This document shows, piece after piece, positions 54,726 to 64,000 of a DNA stretch of 64,000 nt. The position numbers were made by a program, and so were the translations under genes. The DNA comes from a virus (taxonomy: Duplodnaviria > Caudoviricetes), in the IMG/VR virus record IMGVR_UViG_3300021387_000109, positions 1 to 64,000 of that record. One strand, written 5' to 3'. Numbering within the stretch: position 1 is the stretch's first letter; each line of letters begins with the position of its first letter. The notes under the pieces were generated by a model, which did not search any database, was not told where the DNA came from, and worked only from the letters and a program-made list of their open reading frames with translations.

Positions 54726-55377
54726 ATACAAAGCCTTAAGACAGAAATCTAAAGCCCCAACGTTCGCCTTAACTTATGGAGGAACATACAGGACTTTGAT
54801 GACTAATTGTGGTTTTGATGAAACAACTGCAAAAACAGTTGAAGCAAAGTACCATGAACTCTATTCGGTTTCAGATCAGTGGGTTAAGAACAAACTGATC
54901 CAAGCTTCCAAGGATGGATATGTAACAGTTGCTTTTGGACTAAGAGTAAGAACTCCAGTCATTAAGCAATGTATTCTTAATACCAAGGTAACACCCAAAG
55001 AAGCAGAAGCAGAAAAGAGAACAGCAGGAAATGCTTTAGGACAGTCTTGGGGCTTATTGAATACTAGAGCAGGAATAGAGTTCAACTCTTTGGTTAGGGA
55101 ATCCCCTTATAAGTATTCAATAAAGCCCTGTGTTCAAATTCATGATGCACAGTACTTCTTGATCAAGGATGATCCAGATGTAATCCTATGGGCTAATGAA
55201 CATCTTGTAAAAGCAGTTCAATGGCAGAATCATCCGGATATCTATCATGAACGTGTTAAACTTGGTGGTGAATTTTCTATATTCTGGCCTGATTGGTCTC
55301 ATGAGTTAACTTTACCCAATAAATTGACTAAAGAAGAATTGATCTCTTTGGTTCAAAACTATGTGAAATCACAATGA
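54661..55377 (+). CDS. Family A DNA polymerase, C-terminal part (motifs B and C)
   Basis: RQKSKAPTFALTYGG (motif B), RTAGNALGQS, VQIHDAQYF (motif C); in-frame TAA at 54634 limits upstream extension. Confidence 0.9.
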   Translation: MKIQEIDPKLAEVEIINSIKSRYKALRQKSKAPTFALTYGGTYRTLMTNCGFDETTAKTVEAKYHELYSVSDQWVKNKLIQASKDGYVTVAFGLRVRTPVIKQCILNTKVTPKEAEAEKRTAGNALGQSWGLLNTRAGIEFNSLVRESPYKYSIKPCVQIHDAQYFLIKDDPDVILWANEHLVKAVQWQNHPDIYHERVKLGGEFSIFWPDWSHELTLPNKLTKEELISLVQNYVKSQ

Positions 55378-55664
55378 CTGAGAAGAAATATTATTTCTAT
55401 TTGCTTACTGCTGAACTTTCTAGTAGACATAAGAATGAAAAAGAATCTATTAGATTTCCAATCTCTACTATAGTACCTTGGTCTAAGAACCATTTCACTC
55501 AGAAAGATCTTGAATCTCTGGTTCAAAAACTTTCTGATGCTGCTAAGGAATGTTGTGACAAGAGTAATTATGAATTCAAGAGTTATGAACTTCTTGCTCT
55601 AAGTTATCTTGGACACATGACCAAGGAAGAATTTTCAGGAAAGAATGATGAAGTTCACGAATGA
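55374..55664 (+). CDS. Hypothetical protein
   Basis: 96 aa coupled ORF. Confidence 0.6.
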   Translation: MTEKKYYFYLLTAELSSRHKNEKESIRFPISTIVPWSKNHFTQKDLESLVQKLSDAAKECCDKSNYEFKSYELLALSYLGHMTKEEFSGKNDEVHE

Positions 55665-56613
55665 GTCTTCAGTACCACTTCCTCTGGCAGTATGGGCAGT
55701 AGATGATGATTATGATTTTGTTAATGATCCTGATTATTTCTCTGTTACTTCTTTACTTAAGCCTATTCGACAGGTGGTGCTATCTAAAAGAATTGATCCT
55801 GACTCAATTAAGACAGATGTGGAAGGTCTTGTAGCCATTGCTATGGGCAAGAGCATCCATGCTGGAATTGAAAGAGCATGGACAAGAAATCTAGTCACCA
55901 ATCTAAAGTTGCTTGGTTATCAGGATGGAATCATCAAGCGTTTCAAGGTCAATCCTGAAACGATTAGTGAAGGTGACATTCCTGTTTACATTGAGCAGAG
56001 GAAGATCAAGGAATTTGAAGGATTCAAGATCGGAGGAAAGTATGACATGGTTCTGGATGGTGTGGTATACGACAACAAGTCCACTTCCACATTCAAGTGG
56101 ACCAACCATTCCAGTGACGATGACTACATCAAGCAAGGTAGTCTTTATCGTTGGTTGAACCAGGATAAGATTACCTCAGACTATATCCGTATTAACTTTA
56201 TTTTTACGGATTGGTCTAAGTTAAGTGCAATTAAAGATCCTGAATATCCACAGCACAAGGTAGCATACAGAGATTATCCTCTCATGAGCATTCCTGAAAC
56301 GGAAAGGTTCCTGAGAGAGAGACTGGCTCAAATCAAGCGGTATTGGAATAGTCCTGATGATGAGATTCCAGAATGTACTGATGAAGAACTCTGGAGAACT
56401 CCCACCAAGTACAAGTACTTTGTCAATCCATCTGCTTCTAGAGCAACCAAGAACTTTGATTCTCTGGCTGAAGCAAAGAAATGGATGGCTGACATGGGTA
56501 AAGGTGTAATCCGCATTGTTCCAGGTGAAGCCAGACGCTGCAACTACTGTAATGCTGTACCTATTTGTGAACAGTATAAGAGGTTACACAGTGGATCTGA
56601 GCAATGTTCCTAA
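55645..56613 (+). CDS. PD-(D/E)XK Cas4-like exonuclease
   Basis: FSVTSLLKPIRQ, GGKYDMV, DNKSTS, C-terminal RCNYCNAVPICEQ. Confidence 0.8.
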   Translation: MMKFTNESSVPLPLAVWAVDDDYDFVNDPDYFSVTSLLKPIRQVVLSKRIDPDSIKTDVEGLVAIAMGKSIHAGIERAWTRNLVTNLKLLGYQDGIIKRFKVNPETISEGDIPVYIEQRKIKEFEGFKIGGKYDMVLDGVVYDNKSTSTFKWTNHSSDDDYIKQGSLYRWLNQDKITSDYIRINFIFTDWSKLSAIKDPEYPQHKVAYRDYPLMSIPETERFLRERLAQIKRYWNSPDDEIPECTDEELWRTPTKYKYFVNPSASRATKNFDSLAEAKKWMADMGKGVIRIVPGEARRCNYCNAVPICEQYKRLHSGSEQCS

Positions 56614-58765
56614 TCCCCCTGTAATTGATGAGATTGTTGAGGTACTATGCAACAAGACTCAGAATACGGATAAGGGATTTTTCAAAGTAGAAGTAGCCTA
56701 CTTCCTTGCGAAGATGGCTGCCTGTATGAGAGCAAAGATCCAGACTAAGGATAGAGGTGATGTACCTGTTAACCTCTATGCTTTAGCCCTTGGATCAAGT
56801 GGCTATGGCAAAGGCCACAGCATCTCCATTATGGAGAATGACTTTATCGCAGGCTTCAAGACAAGGTTCTTTGAAGAAACGATGCCCGAGATTTCCAATA
56901 AACATCTGGTCAGGCTGGCTCAGGATAGAGCAATCAGAAACAACACTGAAGAAGAGAAGGAATTAGAAGCTCTAGAAGGCGAATATAAGCGCCTAGGAGC
57001 GTATCCTTTCACCTTTGATAGTGGTACTGCCCCCGCAGTAAAACAACTGCGTGAGAAGCTCATTTTGGCTGATTGTGGGGCTATCAATCTTCAGATTGAT
57101 GAAATCGGTTCTAATCTGATTGGTGCTACGGAAGTCTTGAATACATTCCTTGAATTGTACGATCAGGGACAAATCAAGCAAAAGCTGGTAAAGAACACAG
57201 TAGATAACACAAGAGGAGAAGATCGTGATGGCAAAACACCTACGAACATGCTTCTCTTTGGAACTCCTGTAAAGCTTCTGGATGGATCTCAGACAGAAGA
57301 TCAGTTCTATTCTTTTTTAGAGATTGGCTATGCAAGAAGATGCATCTTTGGAATTGGCAAACCATCAAAGAAATCTTCTCATAATCTAACACCGGCTGAG
57401 ATCTTTGCAAAACTGACAAGTCCTCAGAATGCAGCTACAGTCAAGAAGTGGAGAACCACCTTCACTAGATTGGCTAACCCTGACAAGTATGATTGGGGAA
57501 TGCAGATAGCAGATGCTACTTCCATAAAGTTAATTGAGTATAAATGTGAGTGTGAAAAACTTGCTGATGAACTTCCTGAACATGAAGAAATCAGAAAGGC
57601 AGAACTCTCCCATAGATACTTCAAGGCTTTAAAATTGGCAGGTGCATTGGCTTTTGTTGATGAAAGTCTTGAAGTGACAATGACGCATTTGCTTCAGGCA
57701 ATTAAGTTGGTTGAAGAATCAGGTAATGCTTTCTCTGCCATTTTGACTAGAGAAAAGGCTTACATGAAACTAGCCAAATACATTGCCCAAACAGATACAG
57801 AAGTCACTCATGCTGATTTGACAGAAGCACTTCCATTCTATAAGTCTGGAGTTGGAGCCAGAAATGAAATGATGAGTCTTGCAATGGCATGGGGCTATAA
57901 GCACCATATCATTATCAAGAAATCATTCGTGGATGGTATTGAATTCTTTAAGGGTGAAACTCTTAAGGAAACAAATCTAAATGAAATTATTGTCTCTTAT
58001 TCAGATGAATCTCAATTCCAGAACCCTGTGGATGCTTTTGCATGGGGATATCAAAATGAAAGAGCACCTTGGAACCAGATGAATGTTCTGGTTCAATCAC
58101 CAGGAATTCATTGGTGCAACCACTTCTTTATTGATGGACATAGGTGTGAAGAGTCTGTAATGACTAAGTTCAACATGATTGTTGTTGATGTGGATCATGG
58201 CATTAAACTCAGTAGTGTTCATGAACTCCTCAAGGAGTACAAGTTCATTACATACACAACCAAGAGACATCAAACGGAAGGTGAAGATAGATTCCGAATT
58301 CTTATTCCGATTAACTATGAGCTGGATCTTAGTTCAGAAGAATATAAGGAATTTATGAACAACTTCCTGAGGTGGTTGCCCTTTGAATCTGATGAATCTG
58401 CGAACCAAGCAAGCAAGAAGTGGCTCTCTAATCCTAATGGTATCTTCTATCAGAATGATGGAAAACTGTTGGATGCTCTGATGTTCATTCCAAAGACTAG
58501 TAGGAATGAACAATATAAGAAAGACATTCAGAAGATTGAGAATCTGGATGCTCTGGAAAGATGGTTTGCCAATTTAATGACAAATGGAAATCGTAATAAT
58601 CTTCTTATTAGATATGCATTGACTCTAGTAGATAATGGCTGTCCATTGCATGAAGTAGAAGCCAAGGTAAGGCATCTCAATAAGTCAATTGTCAATGGCA
58701 TCTCTGATGAAGAGATTAGTAATACGATTATGGTAACTGTAGCTAAGAGGTGTAATAGTGCCTGA
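56516..58765 (+). CDS. DNA primase(-helicase), N4 gp43-like; probable start at GTG 56591
   Basis: KTQNTDKGFFKVEVAYFL, SSGYGKGHS, NMLLFGTP, C-terminal GNRNNLLIRYAL (PriCT-like). Confidence 0.85.
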   Translation: MFQVKPDAATTVMLYLFVNSIRGYTVDLSNVPNPPVIDEIVEVLCNKTQNTDKGFFKVEVAYFLAKMAACMRAKIQTKDRGDVPVNLYALALGSSGYGKGHSISIMENDFIAGFKTRFFEETMPEISNKHLVRLAQDRAIRNNTEEEKELEALEGEYKRLGAYPFTFDSGTAPAVKQLREKLILADCGAINLQIDEIGSNLIGATEVLNTFLELYDQGQIKQKLVKNTVDNTRGEDRDGKTPTNMLLFGTPVKLLDGSQTEDQFYSFLEIGYARRCIFGIGKPSKKSSHNLTPAEIFAKLTSPQNAATVKKWRTTFTRLANPDKYDWGMQIADATSIKLIEYKCECEKLADELPEHEEIRKAELSHRYFKALKLAGALAFVDESLEVTMTHLLQAIKLVEESGNAFSAILTREKAYMKLAKYIAQTDTEVTHADLTEALPFYKSGVGARNEMMSLAMAWGYKHHIIIKKSFVDGIEFFKGETLKETNLNEIIVSYSDESQFQNPVDAFAWGYQNERAPWNQMNVLVQSPGIHWCNHFFIDGHRCEESVMTKFNMIVVDVDHGIKLSSVHELLKEYKFITYTTKRHQTEGEDRFRILIPINYELDLSSEEYKEFMNNFLRWLPFESDESANQASKKWLSNPNGIFYQNDGKLLDALMFIPKTSRNEQYKKDIQKIENLDALERWFANLMTNGNRNNLLIRYALTLVDNGCPLHEVEAKVRHLNKSIVNGISDEEISNTIMVTVAKRCNSA

Positions 58766-59486
58766 TTCAAATGATCAACTGGTACTAATTTGTGGTTACT
58801 CTGCCAATGGTAAGTCTGCTTCTTTAAGGAACATCAGGAACCAGGAGAAATGGTACTATTGTTCCTGTGAAGCAGGCAAGAAGCTCCCCTTCAAGAATAA
58901 GTTTAATTTCTTGAAGGTATCTGATCCATATCAGGTATATGAGGCTTTTGATCATGGCAAGGATGATCCAAACTGTGAAGGCATTGTGATTGATTCATTA
59001 TCCTTCCTAATGGATATGTTTGAGGTAATGTATGTCAAGAATGCCTCAAATACCATGAAAGCATGGGGGGAGTATGGAGACTTCTTCAGAACCCTCATGC
59101 AGGAGAAGGTAACTACCTTTAACAAGCCTGTAATCTTCATTGCTCATGTCAAAGATGTTCTTGATGAAAAGTCAATGGAGATTAAGACTTCCGTTCCTAT
59201 TAAAGGTTCTCTGGCTGGACAAGGTGTTGAAGCTTTCTTCAGTACTGTTGTAGCAGCTAAGAAGATTCCTATTAAGGAACTTGAGGGATACAAGTCTGAT
59301 CTTCTTCACATTGATGATGAAGAAAAGGAACTTGGATTTAAGTATGTGTTTCAGACGAGAATCACTGGTAAAACAACTGGTGAGAGAATTAGATCTCCGA
59401 TGGGTCTGTTCTCCAAAAATGAAACCTTTATGGACAATGATGCACAGATCCTGTTGGATCATCTAAATGAATTTTATAAGGAATAA
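58758..59486 (+). CDS. Sak4-like AAA ssDNA annealing protein (N4 gp44-like)
   Basis: GYSANGKSASL, VIDSLSFLMD, GVEAFFSTVV, IRSPMGLF. Confidence 0.85.
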   Translation: MPDSNDQLVLICGYSANGKSASLRNIRNQEKWYYCSCEAGKKLPFKNKFNFLKVSDPYQVYEAFDHGKDDPNCEGIVIDSLSFLMDMFEVMYVKNASNTMKAWGEYGDFFRTLMQEKVTTFNKPVIFIAHVKDVLDEKSMEIKTSVPIKGSLAGQGVEAFFSTVVAAKKIPIKELEGYKSDLLHIDDEEKELGFKYVFQTRITGKTTGERIRSPMGLFSKNETFMDNDAQILLDHLNEFYKE

Positions 59487-59491
59487 GTAAA

Positions 59492-60190
59492 ATGAGCATT
59501 TTTGCTAACATGACAACCAATGGTCTAGAGGAACAGAAGGATTCTCTCGGTGGTTACTCTCCTCTTGAGACCAATATCTATGAAGCCACAATCAAGGCAC
59601 TCTATGCACAGACTGCCAAGAGTGGTGCTATGTCTCTCAACCTCATTGCTGACATTGATGGTCGTGAGTATCGTGAGACTGTTTATATCACCTCTAAGGA
59701 TGGTGTGAACTATTATGTGAATAAGGCAGGTAAGAAGGCTCCTCTTCCTGGTTTCATTACCATGAATGATCTCTGCCTGTGTGCAGTTGGTCGTGAACTC
59801 TCTGAACTTGAAACTGAGACCAAGGTCATCAAGCTTTATAATCGTGAAGCTAAGACCGAAATGCCTACTGAAGTTCCAATGGTTGTTGATCTTATTGGAA
59901 CCAAGGTTGCTCTTGGCATCTTCAAAGAAAAGGTCAACAAGCAGGTTCTTGAAGGCAATACCTATGTGGATTCTGATGAAACTCGTGAACAGAATGTGAT
60001 CAACAAGGTGTTCCATCTTGAGACTCACAAGACTGTCAATGAGGCCAAGAATGACCTTGAAGCAGAGTTCTGGGACAAGTGGCTTGCCAAGAATCAGGGC
60101 AAGGTGATTGACCGGACAAAGAAAGGTGTAAAGAGCAATGCTCCTAAGGCATCTGCTCCTGCTCCCAAGAAGAGTCTGTTCGCTAAGTAG
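59492..60190 (+). CDS. ssb: Single-stranded DNA-binding protein (N4 gp45-like)
   Basis: LEEQKDSLGG, REQNVINKVF, KKSLFAK tail; position after Sak4. Confidence 0.85.
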   Translation: MSIFANMTTNGLEEQKDSLGGYSPLETNIYEATIKALYAQTAKSGAMSLNLIADIDGREYRETVYITSKDGVNYYVNKAGKKAPLPGFITMNDLCLCAVGRELSELETETKVIKLYNREAKTEMPTEVPMVVDLIGTKVALGIFKEKVNKQVLEGNTYVDSDETREQNVINKVFHLETHKTVNEAKNDLEAEFWDKWLAKNQGKVIDRTKKGVKSNAPKASAPAPKKSLFAK

Positions 60191-60191
60191 T

Positions 60192-60608
60192 ATGAAGTAC
60201 TGCCAATATGAATTGGTAGTACCTGCATCTGTAAAGGTTGGGAGAAAGAAATATTCTCTCAACCTTAATATTTATCGAAACTTGAATCCATACATCTTGA
60301 ACCAGATGAAAAGAAACTTTACAGATCTGGTAAAAGATCAACTGGATCAACTCCCTAAATTCAAAACTTTAAAAATCACTTATGTCTTTTACCATAAAGG
60401 CAAGAGGTTGATTGATGTATCGAACTTTTGTTCGATAGTAGATAAGTTTTTTAGCGATGCTTTAGTAGAAGCTAAGATTATCAAGGATGACAACTATACG
60501 ATTATCCCGCAAGTAGTCTATGCCTTCGGTACTCCTACTACAGAAGAATCCCATTTTAGAATTAAATTAGAAGGTTTAACCTATGAAAATCAATCTGACA
60601 CAGCCTGA
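60192..60608 (+). CDS. RusA-like Holliday junction resolvase
   Basis: YSLNLNIYRN, DVSNFCSIVDKFFSDALVEAKIIKDDN. Confidence 0.75.
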   Translation: MKYCQYELVVPASVKVGRKKYSLNLNIYRNLNPYILNQMKRNFTDLVKDQLDQLPKFKTLKITYVFYHKGKRLIDVSNFCSIVDKFFSDALVEAKIIKDDNYTIIPQVVYAFGTPTTEESHFRIKLEGLTYENQSDTA

Positions 60609-60852
60609 AATTGAACAGGCCATCAAGGACTATCTTAAGAATTACATCTCTATGCCTGGATGTGACTTCCGTATTGAAATGAGTGCTACCAGAGGTGCTG
60701 CTGGATTCATTGCAGAAGTTACTGTCTGCAAGGCAGAAGAGGTTCATACTCTTACTCCAAAGCAACTTGAAAAACCTGTTCCTGAAGTAAATACTGAAAC
60801 AGGTGAAGTTGAACAGCCTAAGAGACAGTCTCTCTTCTCAGGTTTAAAGTAA
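60583..60852 (+). CDS. N4 gp46-like protein
   Basis: MKINLTQPEIEQAIKDYL...SATRG; ends QSLFSGLK. Confidence 0.6.
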   Translation: MKINLTQPEIEQAIKDYLKNYISMPGCDFRIEMSATRGAAGFIAEVTVCKAEEVHTLTPKQLEKPVPEVNTETGEVEQPKRQSLFSGLK

Positions 60853-61086
60853 ATGGACAACTCTGATAAAGTAGTCTTAATTGATGCCTCTAATGGAATA
60901 ATTATGGAATATAAAGGTATCAAAGGTTCCTTATTTATTGATCCAGAGGCTGAAATTCTGCGTGGACAACTATTGAATACTAGTAAAATCCTTCTTATTT
61001 ATGAAGGTAACACAATTGAAAGCATTAAGAAAACTTTCAAGAAATGTGTTAAAGCATACTTAGAAATGCTAACTGTGAAAGATTAG
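60853..61086 (+). CDS. Orphan HicB-like antitoxin domain
   Basis: MEYKGIKGSLFIDPEAEILRGQLLN...IYEGNTIESIKKTFKKCVKAYLE follows the HicB N-terminal pattern. Confidence 0.7.
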   Translation: MDNSDKVVLIDASNGIIMEYKGIKGSLFIDPEAEILRGQLLNTSKILLIYEGNTIESIKKTFKKCVKAYLEMLTVKD

Positions 61087-61099
61087 TGTACAATAGGAA

Positions 61100-61309
61100 T
61101 CGAAGCGAAGAGTGGTAATATTGTAGTCATACTGACATGACAATCCTAGAAAGTTAAATCGGACCCCATCCACCAACACCACCATCCGATTTAACTTTCA
61201 GATGAATCCTTGGGGTTTAACTCCTTAAATTCGTTTCATGCATATCTCCTTTACCCGAGGGTTCATCTGAAAGTTTATTTTAGACCTGCTTTTAAGCAGG
61301 TCTTTTTTT
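61100..61309 (+). ncRNA. Candidate ~210-nt structured RNA (or origin) with two long-armed hairpins and its own terminator
   Basis: TACAAT at 61089; stems 61149-63/61185-99 and 61194-214/61254-74; terminator 61282-61309. Confidence 0.5.
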
Positions 61310-61323
61310 ATATAGGCACCAAC

Positions 61324-61587
61324 ATGATTGATCTGAATAATATTGACATGTCTTTTGATAAAGGCATGCTAGGCATTGAATTGTCTAGAGAACGCTGGGA
61401 AATTATTCATAATGCTCTATTAACTTATGCCAAGAGTGATGTACATGCAATCAATCTCAATTCTTTTGATGATGTTGCAGAATTGTATTTAGATGTTCAT
61501 GGAGTATTGAAACTGTATGATCAGCAACTTGATAGATATAAGAAGATTGAAGGGCTTAAAAGAGCAGGACATAGAACCACTAAATAA
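61324..61587 (+). CDS. Hypothetical protein
   Basis: ATG after terminator, in frame with track ORF 61210. Confidence 0.55.
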   Translation: MIDLNNIDMSFDKGMLGIELSRERWEIIHNALLTYAKSDVHAINLNSFDDVAELYLDVHGVLKLYDQQLDRYKKIEGLKRAGHRTTK

Positions 61588-63047
61588 GTTTATTGAAGCC
61601 TTAGAGAATGGTAGAAAGGCTCAACTAATAGCCTATGGAACAGTTGCAGGAACGGGGTGCAATATACTTAAATATTTAAAAATAGCACTTATTGATTTAA
61701 AACATTTTGTTCTATTCGCAAATACTTCTTACTTACGAATATATAAAGAAGCTTTTGATGCTTTAAATAAAGTACAGACAGCTATTTGGGAAGGTAAAAA
61801 GAGTTGGGAATATACAGAATTTTTAGGCTGTTTTATAGATGAATTTGTAGTCTATGATTTTACAAAGTTTTTAAAAAATCTAATGGAACAGATTATAAAT
61901 AATAATTATATAGAGACTGAGTTAAATCGTAAGCATTACACAATAATAAGTGATGTTTTATTTCGACTTATAAAAGCACAAATGGCTATCAATGATCAGG
62001 GAATGGAAGAATATTTAGAAACTGCCTATAGATACTTTCAATCTGGAGTAGATAATGATTGAATCTCTAAGCAAAGAAGAAATACAACAGTATAAAAAAT
62101 TCGTTGATGCATTAGAAACTGCTAGAAATGCTCAGATCTTAGCATATGGAGAGACTATAAGTTATAAGTGCAAATTCTTTAGAGACCTTGAACGAGTTTT
62201 AGATTGTTTAGAATATCCATATGGAACATACGTATCTAGGAATATAATAGAAGTACTTGAAGATATTCGTTTAACACTTGAAAGAAAATCAAGAAAAAGT
62301 TCTACATATAGAGCATATTCAGAGTGTTTTTTACCTGAAGAAGCTATATTAGATTTTATAGACTTTATTCTAACAATAATAGATAAAACCACTGGTTTTA
62401 CTATGGAAGAATATTATAACTATAGTTCAGCAAATTATATGCTTAGTTGTTATATTCGAGCACAACTATCACATAGTTCTGATACCATAGAAAAATATAT
62501 TGCAATAGGTAGCAAACATTATAAAAATTTGTTTGGATAAATTATGAGTAAATTTTTCCTTGAAAATCATGCTATGCAATATAAGAAGTTTGCTGATGCT
62601 CTAGAAAATGCTAGGAATGCCCAGATATTGGTGTATGGAAAAACTAAAAGTTGGCACTGTAAACTTTTTGATGAACTTGAATGGGCTTTAGTATATTCTT
62701 GGAGACATATGTCTGATGGAACAAAAGAAGCTTTTAATTATAAGATTAACCATATCCGTGAAGTATTAAAGAAAAAGTCAAAGAAAAGTTCCATCTATAG
62801 AGCATATACAATGTGCTTCTTACCTGAAGAAACTATGCTAGAGTTTATAGATTTTATTTCAATAGCAAGAGTTATGGCTGAAGTTTGTAATCTTGATGAT
62901 TTTGAAGTAGAAACTTATGACAGAGCAAATGATATGATTAAAGCATATATTCAAGCACAATCTTTATTTGATTCTTCTATGTATGCAGAGGAAATGGCAA
63001 GTTATCTTAGAATGGCTAACTATGACTATAAGCTACTGTTTGGATAA
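61517..63047 (+). CDS. Tandem array of three paralogous hypothetical proteins (61517, 62055, 62544)
   Basis: KF(I/V/A)(E/D)ALE(N/T)(G/A)R(K/N)AQ(L/I)..YG.....C shared N-terminus. Confidence 0.85.
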
Positions 63048-63077
63048 AAGAAAAGCCCCTTTTCAGGGGCTTCTTTT
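63048..63077. terminator. Bidirectional terminator between convergent genes
   Basis: AAAAGCCCCT-TTTC-AGGGGCTTCTTTT. Confidence 0.8.
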
Positions 63078-63078
63078 A

Positions 63079-63627
63079 TTAATTAAGGGTTCTACCCTTT
63101 CTTACTATTGCAAACCAATCATCAGCAAATAGATCTTCATTGCTGGGAATGTAATGTCTTTCAGAAGGCATCAGATTCTCATCAATTTCTCGAATAGATA
63201 GTTCAGGATAATCTACTCCAACAATTCCACTCCAAGACCTGATATCTCCGTCATCATCAAGATTGAACCAAGCCTCTCTTCCAAAGACATTTGCAGGATT
63301 CTCCTCATCATTCATGGATGCAAACATCTCTGCAAAAGTCATGCCTCTCTTAACAACAAGAGCATTCTCAGGAAGATCCAGAGCCATCTTAAGAGCATAT
63401 AGTTCATTAATCTCTTCAGGTGCTACTTCTTCTGGTTCTGTTTTCTTCTTTGGTTCGTTATCTTTCTTTGGCTCAGAAGTGTTCTTCTTAGCATCATTTC
63501 CTCCAAAGAGTAGTTCTAGGAACATACCAAAAGCCTTGGCTTCATCCTTTTCTGCTAGCATTTTATTGAACTTTTCATCAAACTCTTTCTGATTCATTTT
63601 AGTATTCCTATATAGGTCTATTGACAA
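63079..63627 (-). CDS. DUF2829 (Tad2-like) domain protein with N-terminal extension
   Basis: GMTFAEM...FGREAW...YIPSNEDLFADDWF. Confidence 0.75.
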   Translation of the reverse strand: MSIDLYRNTKMNQKEFDEKFNKMLAEKDEAKAFGMFLELLFGGNDAKKNTSEPKKDNEPKKKTEPEEVAPEEINELYALKMALDLPENALVVKRGMTFAEMFASMNDEENPANVFGREAWFNLDDDGDIRSWSGIVGVDYPELSIREIDENLMPSERHYIPSNEDLFADDWFAIVRKGRTLN

Positions 63628-63666
63628 TAGGGATATTAAACCATTCTAAAAGGACTTAGTTGACCT

Positions 63667-63894
63667 ATGTCAAAAGACGTTGAATTTGTAGAAAACCTGT
63701 CTAATAACTGTCCTAAGTGGTTATTCAAGTTATTAACCAGATTTTTCTTTATTCCTTACTTTACATTAAACCTTTGGTTCGTAAAGTTTAGACTTCATTG
63801 CTTGGATAAATACCATATTACTTCTGCTTGGTGGAAGTTATTACTGATATTTATCGCAAGCTATGTAGCAGTAGTTTTACTTACTCAGTATTAG
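63667..63894 (+). CDS. Small hypothetical membrane protein
   Basis: 75 aa with hydrophobic segments, RBS AAGGA. Confidence 0.45.
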   Translation: MSKDVEFVENLSNNCPKWLFKLLTRFFFIPYFTLNLWFVKFRLHCLDKYHITSAWWKLLLIFIASYVAVVLLTQY

Positions 63895-64000
63895 GCTAAC
63901 ATATTTGGAACAGCCATAAGTGGATGCATAGTAAAGGCATTGGCGAGCATCTCAGGACCAATAGCAAAACTCAGAGTACCTCTGAACATTGCACCTAAGA
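63891..64000 (-). CDS. C-terminus of probable virion RNA polymerase (N4 gp50-like), partial
   Basis: Minus frame LGAMFRGTLSFAIGPEMLANAFTMHPLMAVPNMLA*; resembles N4-like vRNAP C-termini and fits synteny. Confidence 0.55.
   Translation of the reverse strand, partial: LGAMFRGTLSFAIGPEMLANAFTMHPLMAVPNMLA

Overview
Most (64 kb) of a lytic N4-like (Schitoviridae-type) podophage genome, circularly permuted so that the physical ends fall inside the window at about 28.1-28.4 kb. Minus strand 1-28 kb is the late module: N4 gp51-gp59-like ejection proteins, tail tube, major capsid and portal; GH108 endolysin and holin; tail fibres; adaptor; terminase. It is interrupted by a C5 DNA methyltransferase cassette and an accessory block with an Asn-synthetase-like PP-loop enzyme, an SSS-like transporter and a Gly-rich module. 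Plus strand 28.4-63 kb holds the early and middle genes: seven virion-RNAP-type hairpin promoters, a single-chain (fused) N4 RNAPII flanked by two gp2-like paralogues, AAA/vWA pair, ThyX, a tRNA island (6 tRNAs, a tRNA relic, a shrunken tRNA-like element, HNH, deaminase, RNA ligase 2, structured spacers), dUTPase, spanins, helicase, a split family-A DNA polymerase, primase, Sak4 and SSB. The last ~110 nt look like the C-terminus of the virion RNAP. Spanins and GH108 imply a diderm host; a gut or anaerobe habitat is inferred only. Best leads: (1) GNCA-tetraloop vRNAP promoters, one driving an apparently ORF-less early small RNA; (2) several candidate structured ncRNAs, some displaying anti-Shine-Dalgarno motifs; (3) a large candidate anti-defence set (AcrIII-1-like ring nuclease, Tad2-like DUF2829, SLOG+NADAR, orphan HicB, tRNA repair); (4) fused RNAPII with two gp2-like cofactors; (5) split DNA polymerase with nested genes; (6) the PP-loop ligase plus transporter pair. 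All family assignments come from motif recognition by eye; no database search or folding program was run.
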